32,000 nucleotides of DNA from the NCBI GenBank assembly GCA_038746145.1, contig JBCDKW010000005.1, forward strand, positions 77,032-109,031. Direction: 5' to 3'. Each line of letters starts with the position of its first letter. Positions within the stretch are counted from its first letter, which is position 1. This DNA is from Pseudomonadota bacterium. Its GTDB lineage: Bacteria; Pseudomonadota; Alphaproteobacteria; Caulobacterales; Hyphomonadaceae. This document shows positions 1 to 8,776 of this stretch, in pieces. The notes under the pieces are model-generated. The model was not told where the DNA came from. It did not search any database and was given only the letters and a program-made list of their open reading frames with translations. The position numbers and the translations under genes are program-made.

Positions 1-866
1 TGCCTGTGCGTGGGCGTGTGATCAAATTGGGCGCAGGGACGCTGTCGCCGATCCTGAAGCGGCATGCCTATCCCGATCATCTGGCCGAAATTCTCGGTGA
101 GGCGCTGATGCTGTCGGCGCTGGTGGGATCCGGCATGAAGTTTGAGGGCAAGGTGCTTGCCCAAGCCGAGGGCGACGGACCTGTTTCGATGCTGGTTGGT
201 GAGTACACTAAAAGCGGCGGGCTGCGCGCCTATTCCAAGCATGAGCCTGAGCGCTGGGCTTGGCTGAATAAGGTCAACAAAGGCGACAAGCCGCACATGC
301 CGCAATTGTTTGGGGCGATGGGGCGGCTCGGCCTGATCATCCTGCACGATAATCCGGATATGCAGCCCTATCAGGGCATTGTTCCTCTGGCGAAGGGCTC
401 TTTGAGCGCCTGCGCGCAGGAGTATTTCATCCGCTCTGAGCAGGTGGATACGCGCCTGCGCATGGTGGTTGAAAAGGACGCGGCCGGCGAGTGGCAGGGC
501 GGTGGCATGATGATCCAGCGAATTGCACCGGATGATGCACGCGGTGACACTGAAGAGGGCTGGCGTCAGGCGGAGGCCTATTTCTCTACGCTTAATGATA
601 CTGAGCTGATTGATCCGGCTCTGCCGTCTGGTGAGCTGCTGTATCGCTTGTTCCACGAGGTCGGCGTAAGCATGGATAAGGACCCACAGGTCCTGGTCGA
701 TGAATGCTCATGCTCGCGTGAACGCCTCGTCGGGACGCTGGACGCGATGGCGGATGAAGCGCTTCGTGACATGGTTGAACCGGACGGGACGCTGAAGGTC
801 GATTGCCAGTTTTGTGCGCGTGATTACGTGATCGCCATTGACGAGGTCACACAGGCGGTCAGTTAG
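1..866 (+). CDS. hslO: Hsp33 redox-regulated chaperone, 5'-truncated by the window edge
   Basis: The C-terminal zinc/redox switch CSCSRE...CQFCARDY (CxC...CxxC) is present. The N-terminal part (VRGRVIKL...GDGPV) aligns about 20 aa into E. coli Hsp33, so the true start lies upstream of the window. The reading frame continues from base 3. Confidence 0.9.
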   Translation, partial: PVRGRVIKLGAGTLSPILKRHAYPDHLAEILGEALMLSALVGSGMKFEGKVLAQAEGDGPVSMLVGEYTKSGGLRAYSKHEPERWAWLNKVNKGDKPHMPQLFGAMGRLGLIILHDNPDMQPYQGIVPLAKGSLSACAQEYFIRSEQVDTRLRMVVEKDAAGEWQGGGMMIQRIAPDDARGDTEEGWRQAEAYFSTLNDTELIDPALPSGELLYRLFHEVGVSMDKDPQVLVDECSCSRERLVGTLDAMADEALRDMVEPDGTLKVDCQFCARDYVIAIDEVTQAVS

Positions 867-949
867 CGCAATGACGCTAAAGTGTCGCGCGACGGTTTGA
901 GTCTTGCCTCAATTCAGATCTATGACAGGCTCCGAGTAAAGGAGCTGAC

Positions 950-1540
950 ATGGCTGAGTTCGGACCCAATGGAGCCGTTATCACCGCACCGACGCAAGCA
1001 GACTATGCGGCAGCACCGCCCAAGATCAAGCGGGTCGCGCTCGCCTGTTTTCTGTGCGGTGTCGCGGCCTGTTTGAGTGTCACGCTTGTGGCTTTGGGGC
1101 TGTTTGGACTTGGGCGTGCGATCATCATAATGGATGATGATCTGAATGTGATCAGTGGCCGTGGGATGTTGGCCGGGGCTGGCTTTGCGATGTTCATATC
1201 TCTGTTCAATTGGTTCGTGTTCTACATCACTGTGCCAGCGGCATGGCTGACAATCGGCCTCTCGATCGGCCGGTTTCCGCATCGCAGGATCACCGCGGCC
1301 GCGCCCTATTATCGTTGGTCAGCGATTTTAGGGGCGCTCTTGGTGGGGGTGACCTGCTCTGTGTTCGCCGCGCTGGTTTATACAGATGGCGGTGAGCGCG
1401 GCGAGCTCGGTTACTGGTTCGGGGCAACCTTGATGGGGGTGTTTATTGGCGCGGTTTCCGGATTGATCTGTGGGGGGCTGTTCCGTGCCATTGTCAGACC
1501 CGCCAGCCAGATTAAACGCCATCAGCTTGAGGTGTTTTAG
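950..1540 (+). CDS. Hypothetical integral membrane protein (about 4 TM)
   Basis: ATG start preceded by AAAGGAG. There are several long hydrophobic segments ([48 protein letters not shown], etc.). I recognise no family motif. Confidence 0.6.
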   Translation: MAEFGPNGAVITAPTQADYAAAPPKIKRVALACFLCGVAACLSVTLVALGLFGLGRAIIIMDDDLNVISGRGMLAGAGFAMFISLFNWFVFYITVPAAWLTIGLSIGRFPHRRITAAAPYYRWSAILGALLVGVTCSVFAALVYTDGGERGELGYWFGATLMGVFIGAVSGLICGGLFRAIVRPASQIKRHQLEVF

Positions 1541-1578
1541 GGGTTGAGACCTCACTCAAACGGGGCCACCTCTGGGCT

Positions 1579-2025
1579 ATGACGAAACCAAAGATTGATA
1601 TTTGGACCGATGGCGCGTGCAGTGGAAATCCCGGCCCTGGCGGCTGGGGCGCGCTGCTTGTGTCTGGCGGGAAACGCAAAGAGCTGCATGGTGGTGAGGC
1701 TGAGACGACGAATAACCGGATGGAACTCAGCGCCGCGATTGAGGCGCTAACTGCGCTGAAAAAGCCGAGCACCGTGCGCCTGCATACTGACAGCACTTAT
1801 GTCAAAGACGGCCTGACCAAGTGGATTCATGGCTGGAAGCGCAATGGTTGGAAAACCGCTGCGAAAAAGCCTGTGAAAAACAAAGACCTCTGGCAGGCCC
1901 TTGATGAGGCGTGTCAGCGTCATGAAATTGAGTGGATCTGGGTCAAGGGCCATGCCGGTGATGAAGGCAACGAAAAGGCCGACGAGTTAGCTCGGCTCGG
2001 AGCGGTTGAAGCGCGCGGCGGGTAA
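1579..2025 (+). CDS. rnhA: Ribonuclease HI
   Basis: 148 aa with the typical [20 protein letters not shown] start, TNNRMEL, and the HTDSxYV...WVKGHAG..GNE.AD.LA signature. Confidence 0.95.
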   Translation: MTKPKIDIWTDGACSGNPGPGGWGALLVSGGKRKELHGGEAETTNNRMELSAAIEALTALKKPSTVRLHTDSTYVKDGLTKWIHGWKRNGWKTAAKKPVKNKDLWQALDEACQRHEIEWIWVKGHAGDEGNEKADELARLGAVEARGG

Positions 2026-2101
2026 CAAGTTTGTGAGGTAGATGTGATCGCTGCTCATAAGTGCGCGTGGTAGATTTGGGAACCGCAAACAGGAGTTTCC
2101 C

Positions 2102-2542
2102 ATGCGCCTTATTTTGACCGCCGCTGCATTGAGTGTTGCGGCCGCTTGTTCCGGACAGACTGCGTCGACGGAGACGCCGACAGCGGTTCAAACCGTGACG
2201 GCTCCAACCGAAGACGCTCGCTTTATTGCCGTAATGAGCTATGCCGACTGGTGCGGCAGCTGCAAAGCGCTCGACCCGAAAGTGAAAGCTGTGCAGACGG
2301 CCAACACGTTTGACGGTGTTGAGTTCTTCACGCTCAATTACACCGCCCGCGATGATGAGGCCTTTTTTGAGGGCGCTGCGACGCTTGGTGTGGAAGATAC
2401 GCTGCGTGAGACGTTTTCCGCCAAGATCAAAACCGGTAAGCTCTACCTAATCGAACGCGAGACCGGCATGATTGTCTCAACCATCGACAAAAGCATGAGT
2501 GAAGCAGATATCACTCAGGCGATTGAAAGCGCGACGGCTTAG
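2102..2542 (+). CDS. Thioredoxin-fold lipoprotein
   Basis: Signal peptide with a lipobox (LSVAAAC), a WCGSCK CxxC active-site motif, and AGGAG-like GGAG upstream. Confidence 0.7.
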   Translation: MRLILTAAALSVAAACSGQTASTETPTAVQTVTAPTEDARFIAVMSYADWCGSCKALDPKVKAVQTANTFDGVEFFTLNYTARDDEAFFEGAATLGVEDTLRETFSAKIKTGKLYLIERETGMIVSTIDKSMSEADITQAIESATA

Positions 2543-3381
2543 ACGCCTTCGAAGCGTCCGTCTTTCGCCGCGGCGTCATAGTCGGCTTTGATCTGCGCGT
2601 ATTTCATCTCAATGAATTGCGCGAAATTCGGGTGCGTGAAGATATAGAGGCGATTGGCTTCAACACAGTCTGAGACCCATCCCGCCACAAGTCCGGCGTC
2701 TATGCCGTTTTCGATCACGGATGACATTTGCTGATATTGTGGGTCTGACGCAGCTTCTTCTTGCGTTGGCCCGCCGGAGGGTTTCGCGAAGCCTGTATTG
2801 TGTATGTTCGTTTTGACCCATGCCGGGCAAAGGACACTCACGCCAATATTTTGACTAGCGAGGTCAATTTGAAGCGACTCCGAATAACCAACGACAGCAT
2901 ACTTCGTCGCGTTATAAGGGCCCATATTTGGGGCAGCGATATGACCGGCCATAGAGGCGGTATTGATGAAGTGGCCCCCTTCGCCATGGCTGGCGATGAG
3001 CGGCGTGAAAACCTCAACACCGTAAGTCACGCCGAGCAGGTTAATATCGACAATCCAGCGCCAGTCCTCAGTCGCAATCGCGCCGGGCTGCCCGCCAATG
3101 GCCACGCCAGCATTGTTGACGACGATATGGACCTTGCCGAAGCGGTCAGTGGTGGCCTTCGCAGCAGCTTTGATGGCATTGAGGTCTGCAACGTCGCAGA
3201 CGACGGTATCGGCTTGCGCGCCCAGTGCTTCAATCTCAGATTTGACGGTTTCGAGACCGTCTGCATTGAGATCGGCCAGCATCACGTTTGCGCCGCGTTT
3301 AGCGAAATCATGTGCCATAGCGCGGCCGAGGCCACTTGCTGCGCCTGTAATGAATGCTGTTTTGCCGGAGATTGAGGTCAT
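2539..3381 (-). CDS. Short-chain dehydrogenase/reductase (SDR)
   Basis: TGAASGLGRA cofactor loop, NNAG, and a YNATK catalytic Tyr-x3-Lys. I prefer the Met at 3381 (MTSISGKTAFITG) to the ORF-track start at 3414. It gives a normal SDR N-terminus and removes the overlap with the upstream gene. Confidence 0.88.
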   Translation of the reverse strand: MTSISGKTAFITGAASGLGRAMAHDFAKRGANVMLADLNADGLETVKSEIEALGAQADTVVCDVADLNAIKAAAKATTDRFGKVHIVVNNAGVAIGGQPGAIATEDWRWIVDINLLGVTYGVEVFTPLIASHGEGGHFINTASMAGHIAAPNMGPYNATKYAVVGYSESLQIDLASQNIGVSVLCPAWVKTNIHNTGFAKPSGGPTQEEAASDPQYQQMSSVIENGIDAGLVAGWVSDCVEANRLYIFTHPNFAQFIEMKYAQIKADYDAAAKDGRFEGV

Positions 3382-3388
3382 CTGTCTT

Positions 3389-4105
3389 TCACTTTTCTGA
3401 TGGAGCCATAGCATATGCTGGATATGTTAAATCGCATCTCCAAGCCGGGTAGCCCCCGCTTTCTTTTACTGGAAATCGATCCTGTAGGATTGAGATTTTG
3501 ACCCGCTCGAATATGCTCTCTTCAGAGATGTATTTCGGGTCAGACAAGCATTTTCCTTCTACGTCATGTGCGCGTCCGTCTTTGTCTACATCGAAGATCA
3601 TTTCGCATTTCGCTGCCATATCTGCCGATAGTCCATCAGCGGCAAAGTTTTTGTCGAGGTGTACCATATACGAGGTTCTACCGTAGAGAAGCTCTTGTCT
3701 GGTATAGGGGTCTGACGGGTCTTCATCGCGAAAGTGGATACCATCTGGAACGGTCTCTAATGCGTCGCGACGATCGTTACAAAAATTATAGGTCTGCTGT
3801 TCTAGGTACGTCAGGTTGTAAAAATACGCGTCTTGTTCGACGACTTCCAGAAGTTTTGCCAAGTCCTCGTTTGTTGAGCATACAGTGCCACTGAGAGATT
3901 GACGCTTAATGATGTCCTCTCGAAGCTTTATCAGCCCACTCTTTCGTAATCCGCCCTTCGAATCCAAAGCGGCTGTGTATCTAGTCTTCAGATAAGAGAT
4001 GTCCGCGGGATCCGTTGGGTTTTTGCAACTGTCCTCGATGTCCTGCGCGCCAGCTGGAAGCGTCAGGGCGAAGGTGACGAGTAAAGGTAGAAATCTAATG
4101 CTCAT
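3389..4105 (-). CDS. Secreted hypothetical protein with a possible TonB_C-like C-terminal domain
   Basis: Signal peptide MSIRFLPLLVTFALTLPAGAQD, with GAGGGA 8 nt upstream of the ATG at 4105. The C-terminal approx. 80 aa (CEMIFDVDKDGRAHDVEGK...FERVKISILQDRFPVKESGGYP) resembles the TonB C-terminal pattern. The gene is visibly AT-richer than its neighbours. Confidence 0.55.
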   Translation of the reverse strand: MSIRFLPLLVTFALTLPAGAQDIEDSCKNPTDPADISYLKTRYTAALDSKGGLRKSGLIKLREDIIKRQSLSGTVCSTNEDLAKLLEVVEQDAYFYNLTYLEQQTYNFCNDRRDALETVPDGIHFRDEDPSDPYTRQELLYGRTSYMVHLDKNFAADGLSADMAAKCEMIFDVDKDGRAHDVEGKCLSDPKYISEESIFERVKISILQDRFPVKESGGYPAWRCDLTYPAYAMAPSEK

Positions 4106-4128
4106 CACCCCGATCCCTCTTCAACGCT

Positions 4129-5118
4129 TTATGCGTCAACGGTCCCCTTCGAGAAAGCCGCGAGACGTGAATTAATGATCTCGTCGGCTTCTTTCATGAT
4201 GCGGTCGATGAGTTCTTTACAGGTTGGGATATCGTTGATCAGGCCTGCGACCATGCCGCAGGACCATGCGCCGGCATCCATGTCACCTTCGCGCATGATG
4301 CGTGGATAGACACCTGCGACTTCCTCAATGATGTCCTCGAATTTGAGGTCCGGGCCGAGGGCGCGCTCTTTTTCGAGCAGGCGCTCAACCGCGTCATTGG
4401 TTAGAACACGTTCAGTGTTGCGCAGAGGGCGCATGACGAGGCGTGTGTCGAGCTCAGAGGCGGCGACGATCGCCTCTTTGACGTTCTGGTGAACCGGGGC
4501 TTCTTTCGTCGCGATGAAGCGTGTGCCCATATTCATGCCTTCTGCGCCCATGGCGAGAGAGGCGACCAGAGAGCGGCCATCGGCCTGTCCACCGGAAGAG
4601 ACGAACGGGATTTCCAGCTCGTCTGCTGCGCGGGGTAGCAGGATCATATTCGGGACATCGTCTTCGCCCGGATGACCGCCGCACTCAAAGCCGTCAACAC
4701 TAACCGCGTCACAGCCAATGGCTTGGGCTTTCAGGGAGTGGCGTACAGACGTGCACTTGTGAATGACTTTGATACCGGCATCTTTGAGGTGCGGCATAAC
4801 CTCTTGCGGGTTACGGCCAGCGGTCTCAACCGCTTTGACGCCGCCATCAATGATCGCTTTGACGAGGCCCGGATAGTCCGGTGGCGTCAGGCTGGGCAGG
4901 AAGGTCAGGTTTACGCCAAAAGGCTTGTCCGTCATGTCCTTACATTTGGCGATTTCATCGGCGAGCTTTTCCGGCGTGCCGAGCGTCAGACCGGTAATGA
5001 TGCCGAGGCCGCCCGCATTGGAGACCGCTGCGGCCATCTCCGCGAAGCCGACAAAGTGCATGCCGCCCTGGATAATCGGGTGTTCAATGCCGAACATTTC
5101 TGTGATCTTGGTCTTCAT
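4129..5118 (-). CDS. Nitronate monooxygenase / FabK-like FMN oxidoreductase (NMO family)
   Basis: N-terminus FGIEHPIIQGGMHFVGFAEMAAAVSNAGGLGIITG plus GFECGGHPGE and the SGGQADGRS TIM-barrel FMN motifs. Strong GGAGGAG RBS. Confidence 0.85.
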   Translation of the reverse strand: MKTKITEMFGIEHPIIQGGMHFVGFAEMAAAVSNAGGLGIITGLTLGTPEKLADEIAKCKDMTDKPFGVNLTFLPSLTPPDYPGLVKAIIDGGVKAVETAGRNPQEVMPHLKDAGIKVIHKCTSVRHSLKAQAIGCDAVSVDGFECGGHPGEDDVPNMILLPRAADELEIPFVSSGGQADGRSLVASLAMGAEGMNMGTRFIATKEAPVHQNVKEAIVAASELDTRLVMRPLRNTERVLTNDAVERLLEKERALGPDLKFEDIIEEVAGVYPRIMREGDMDAGAWSCGMVAGLINDIPTCKELIDRIMKEADEIINSRLAAFSKGTVDA

Positions 5119-5209
5119 GGGACTGCTCCTCCAATGCTTTTATTCCATCGCACAATGCAGGATGAAAGGGGGTCTAGGCAAGACTGACGTTGCGGAGGGC
5201 GGCTGAAAA

Positions 5210-5245
5210 CAAAAAAAGCTCCGGCGAGGAGGCCGGAGCTTTTTG
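5210..5245 (-). terminator. Rho-independent terminator downstream of ctrA
   Basis: Stem AGCTCCGGC (5217-5225) pairs with GCCGGAGCT (5232-5240) around a 6-nt loop. On the minus strand the stem is followed by a T7 run (the plus-strand A-run at 5210-5216). Confidence 0.8.
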
Positions 5246-5266
5246 GGTTATATTGGCTGTCGTGCG

Positions 5267-5968
5267 TTAGGCGGCGACGGCTTCTTTCTTCGGTTTTGGA
5301 TCACGCAGAACATAGCCGCGGCCCCAGACTGTTTCGATATGATGCTCGCCGCCTGTGGCCTGCTGCAGTTTCTTGCGCAGCTTACAGATGAAGACGTCGA
5401 TAATCTTCAGTTCCGGCTCGTCCATACCGCCATAAAGGTGGTTGAGGAACATTTCCTTGGTGAGCGTTGTCCCTTTGCGAAGGGAGAGAAGCTCGAACAT
5501 CTGGTATTCTTTGCCGGTCAGGTGGACGCGCTCATCGTCGACTTCGACTGTTTTCGCATCAAGGTTCACGAGGATGTCGCCGGTGCGGATCACGCTTTCG
5601 GCGTGGCCTTTAGAGCGGCGAACGATGGCTGTTATGCGCGCGATCAGCTCATCTTTGTTAAATGGCTTGGTTAAGTAGTCATCGGCACCGTAGCCGAGTG
5701 TTTTAACCTTCGCTTCAATGTCAGGATTACCAGACAGGATCAGGACAGGTGTGTTTACACGCGCCATGCGAAGCTGTTTGAGGACATCATAGCCGGAGAT
5801 GTCTGGCAGAGAGAGGTCGAGAATGATGATGTCGTACTCGTAGACCTTGCCGAGGTCGACGCCTTCTTCACCAAGATCCGTTGCGTAAATGTTGAAGCCT
5901 GCAGCCTTCAGCATCAGTTCAATCGAACGAGCGACGGCATTGTCGTCTTCAATCAGTAGTACTCTCAT
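5267..5968 (-). CDS. ctrA: Cell-cycle master response regulator CtrA (OmpR-family)
   Basis: Near-colinear identity to Caulobacter CtrA as I remember it: MRVLLIEDD...[14 protein letters not shown]...LDL.LPD.SG.DVL..LR......P..ILSG...[53 protein letters not shown]...[16 protein letters not shown]. Confidence 0.97.
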   Translation of the reverse strand: MRVLLIEDDNAVARSIELMLKAAGFNIYATDLGEEGVDLGKVYEYDIIILDLSLPDISGYDVLKQLRMARVNTPVLILSGNPDIEAKVKTLGYGADDYLTKPFNKDELIARITAIVRRSKGHAESVIRTGDILVNLDAKTVEVDDERVHLTGKEYQMFELLSLRKGTTLTKEMFLNHLYGGMDEPELKIIDVFICKLRKKLQQATGGEHHIETVWGRGYVLRDPKPKKEAVAA

Positions 5969-5980
5969 ATTCAGCTCCCC

Positions 5981-6056
5981 GAATCAGTCTGGGTTTATTG
6001 TTAGCTTTCTCGTTAACCATTGTGAATCTAGGTAATGAAGGTTACCACGGATTTAA
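5981..6056 (-). promoter_or_regulatory. ctrA promoter region with CtrA half-site, near-consensus CtrA box and two GANTC (CcrM) sites
   Basis: TTAACCAT at 6013-6020 is an exact match to the published CtrA 8-mer half-site. TTAC-N7-TTAA lies at 6042-6056. GAATC lies at 5981-5985 and 6024-6028. GGGGAG RBS 7 nt before the ATG. Confidence 0.5.
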
Positions 6057-6092
6057 CATTCGGTTTCGAAACGATTTTTTTGTTCATACCTC

Positions 6093-6932
6093 TTAACAAG
6101 CGATCGATTGCCCATTGTCTTCAAGCAGCGTGTGCGCAATGGCAATCGCGTCCTGAATGGGCTGCGAATTTGGGTCCGTAGAGATTAATGTGCGCTGTGA
6201 GCGGATGGCTTCGCGCACGGCTTCATCTCTCATAATCGTTCCCGCAAGAGCCGGGCGGAAGGTCAGGAAGGTCTGACACGCGCGGGCCACAGCTTCGAAG
6301 GTGCGTTGACCGGCAGCGCGCGTTTCACACTGATTGATCGCGACGACTTGTTCGACGCTCGGCGCATAGCCGCGCAGCACTTTCATAAAGGCGTAGGCGT
6401 CTGTCATTGAGGTCGGTTCGTCTGTGATGATCATGACGACTTTGTCAGCCGCACGCGCCAGACGCATGCAGTTATTCTCAATGCCGGCCCCCAGATCGAG
6501 GATGACCTGATCATATTGCAGGGCGAGGGCGGAGAGGCCAGCGGCGAGGCGGGCCACTTCTTCGGAAGAGAGCTCTGCCAGTGCACCGGATCCAGAACGA
6601 CCGGGAAGGACGTCGAAACCACCTGAGGATGATCCGCCGTCGACGGGTGTGACTGCATCTTCAAGTTCGACCCAGCCTGCGATAACGGCTGCGAGGTCTG
6701 TTTCGGGCGCAATACCAAGTTGGACATCGACATTTGCAAGGCCGAGGTCGCCATCGACGAGTAGCGTCTTCTTTCCGGCTTGCGCGAAGGCACTGGCCAG
6801 CGTGATCGACATGAAGGTCTTACCAACACCGCCTTTGCCTGAACCGACGGCGATGATTGAGGCTGGGGTAACGCGGCGCTGCGGTTGCTTGCGCTGCGGG
6901 CGTTCCATGGATTTTGGAAGTAGGAAGCTCAT
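6093..6932 (-). CDS. flhG: MinD/ParA-family ATPase, flagellar number regulator FlhG/FleN-like
   Basis: Deviant Walker A GSGKGGVGKT, then LLVDGDLGLANVD, then Walker B VILDLGAG. The gene is translationally coupled to flhF (TAATG overlap at 6932). Confidence 0.8.
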   Translation of the reverse strand: MSFLLPKSMERPQRKQPQRRVTPASIIAVGSGKGGVGKTFMSITLASAFAQAGKKTLLVDGDLGLANVDVQLGIAPETDLAAVIAGWVELEDAVTPVDGGSSSGGFDVLPGRSGSGALAELSSEEVARLAAGLSALALQYDQVILDLGAGIENNCMRLARAADKVVMIITDEPTSMTDAYAFMKVLRGYAPSVEQVVAINQCETRAAGQRTFEAVARACQTFLTFRPALAGTIMRDEAVREAIRSQRTLISTDPNSQPIQDAIAIAHTLLEDNGQSIAC

Positions 6933-7936
6933 TATGCAGCTCCTCTCAAGGCGACATGGGCAGGCGCATCCTCAGTGAGGAGCTGTGCCAACCGGTTCGG
7001 CGTGGCCGGGATAAGGCCTCCACCGATAAAAGGTGTTACGGCGAGATGCGCGAAAGCGATCCCGGCACTCGACAGGGCAGAGACGATACCGCCTCTCCGG
7101 CGTGTGACGTCGAGTTTTGTGACGATGGCGCGTTTGACGCCGCAGCGGGCAAACGCTTTGGCCATATCGGCCTGATCTTCGGGGTGACCCTCCGCGCTGA
7201 TGACCAAGACTGGCTCTGCTTTAATAACAGGCAGAAGGTCCTGCAGGCTTTGCATATCGTCCTGTTCGAAGGGGACGATAGCGGGCAGGTCGATGACACA
7301 GCGCTGTTTGTTTTCGCGGATCGTCTTAAGGACGCTGAATAGAGCGTCTGGCGTGTTGATGCTTCTGATCTGATCCTGCTCGCGCTCCAGATAGGCCGCG
7401 AGTTGTGCGCCACCTGCTGTGTAGTCTAGGTCCGCGGCGACGGGGAGGATTTCTGATTTTGTGACTGAGGCGCGCCGGGTTAGCTTGGCGGCGACGGCGG
7501 TACGTCCATGCCCCGGAGGGCCGACGAGTACAATGTCGCGTTCCAGACGCGGCGCGATTGGGCGGCAGGTGATGGTTTTGTCCAGACCGGCTGCGATCGC
7601 GCTGGTTGGTTCTGTCTGATGGATATCCGCTGTGAAACCGGCATCGGCAACACGCTCTGCGAAACGCTGGGGCGCGCCGTGCCAGAGCAGGGCGTCGCGT
7701 ACACGGTTGCGAAGTGGATTATCGTTCAGTCTCGGTGCAAGTGGGGCACCCAAGCGTGAAACGTTATCGCCGATCGACGGCACCATGCCGCCCCCAAGCT
7801 TGTCTGTGGCCGCCCTGACCTCGACACCGCCCGGCACTTCGCGCTCTGACAGAATGATGGCGTCATCACCCATCTCGGCGAAGATCAATGCCTTGGCAGC
7901 CTCTAAGGACTCAGCGGCAAACATCTTCATTCGCAT
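6932..7936 (-). CDS. flhF: FlhF-like SRP-type GTPase with degenerate G motifs
   Basis: FlhF-type N-terminus MRMKMFAAESLEAAKALIFAEMGDDAIILSEREVPGGVEVRAA. The NG domain has G1 GPPGHGRT (canonical GxxGxGKT), G3 DLPA (canonical DTAG) and G4 TKLD conserved. GGAG RBS. Confidence 0.8.
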   Translation of the reverse strand: MRMKMFAAESLEAAKALIFAEMGDDAIILSEREVPGGVEVRAATDKLGGGMVPSIGDNVSRLGAPLAPRLNDNPLRNRVRDALLWHGAPQRFAERVADAGFTADIHQTEPTSAIAAGLDKTITCRPIAPRLERDIVLVGPPGHGRTAVAAKLTRRASVTKSEILPVAADLDYTAGGAQLAAYLEREQDQIRSINTPDALFSVLKTIRENKQRCVIDLPAIVPFEQDDMQSLQDLLPVIKAEPVLVISAEGHPEDQADMAKAFARCGVKRAIVTKLDVTRRRGGIVSALSSAGIAFAHLAVTPFIGGGLIPATPNRLAQLLTEDAPAHVALRGAA

Positions 7937-8071
7937 ACAGATACTCCACTTTGATGAAGCGACTGTCGGATGAATTGGTTAACAGAATCTCTCGATTTGT
8001 TAGCTTTTCACAGAATGCTGCGTTTCTGTGGATAAGTTTTTAGCGGGTTTGCTGCTTTTGTTCCTATCGCC

Positions 8072-8329
8072 TCACGCCGCGCGGCGCTGGTCGACGATCT
8101 CGCTGAGTGTGACGCCGAGTTGTCCGTCAGCAATGACCAAACGGCCCCGTGCCATGAGGCGATCCGAGACATAGATGTCGACTTGATCGCCGGTCTCACG
8201 GTCTAGGGCAAGGATATCACCATGCGACATCGCCAGAAGCTCATCGACGGGAATGCGGGCTTCGCCGAGCACAACGTCCACGCGAACAGGGGCATCCATA
8301 AGTGTATTTTCGAGCGCGCGATTGAGCAT
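8072..8329 (-). CDS. fliN: Flagellar motor switch protein FliN (SpoA domain only, 85 aa)
   Basis: VRVDVVLGEARIPVDELLAMSHGDILALDRETGDQVDIYVSDRLMARGRLVIADGQLGVTLSEIV is a typical FliN/SpoA C-terminal domain. Confidence 0.85.
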   Translation of the reverse strand: MLNRALENTLMDAPVRVDVVLGEARIPVDELLAMSHGDILALDRETGDQVDIYVSDRLMARGRLVIADGQLGVTLSEIVDQRRAA

Positions 8330-8395
8330 GAGGTTAACTATTCCGAATCAGTTGGCTGAATTCAAGTGCCCTTAGAAAAGTTGCGGCTTTGTGAA

Positions 8396-8776
8396 TCAGA
8401 CCGTGCTTGCGTCATTAGAAGTTTCAAAAAGATCAGCTTGGCCATCGATCAGCGTTGTCGCGAGGCGCCTGACGTTTTCCAGCGCAGTTCGTCTTTCTTC
8501 TTCGTTGAGGGCGGCTGTGTCGAGATGGCGTGTGAGGGTGATGACCTGCTCCAGTGCGGTTTTCAGCTGGTCGGACAGATTCTCGGCATCCTTTGCGTGC
8601 GCCTTCAACGTGTCGTCTTTCACGAGCGCTGCGCTGCTGTCGCGTGTGTCTGCTAGAAGAGCAGATAGCTCATCGGCCGTCAGAACGATGTCGCTTTTAT
8701 GCTCGGCCGGGCGTTCCGGCGGCGTGAAGTCACTTTGGAAGGTAAAGGGGCTGAGATTGGCGACCTTGCGTTTCAT
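8396..8776 (-). CDS. Short FlbE/FliH-like flagellar assembly protein (assigned by position)
   Basis: 126 aa, coiled-coil-like and acidic. It has an ATGA overlap with fliG and occupies the flbE slot of the Caulobacter fliF-fliG-flbE-fliN order. I did not verify any diagnostic motif. Confidence 0.4.
   Translation of the reverse strand: MKRKVANLSPFTFQSDFTPPERPAEHKSDIVLTADELSALLADTRDSSAALVKDDTLKAHAKDAENLSDQLKTALEQVITLTRHLDTAALNEEERRTALENVRRLATTLIDGQADLFETSNDASTV

Noticed and set aside
2761-3375. 204-aa plus-strand ORF
   Set aside because: It is entirely antisense to the SDR gene, whose motifs (TGxxxGxG, YxxxK) are unambiguous.
8009-8030. 7-bp inverted repeat CACAGAA-N8-TTCTGTG between fliN and flhF
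   Set aside because: I considered it as the fliN terminator, but no T tract follows it on the minus strand. It may be an operator or nothing, so I did not call it.
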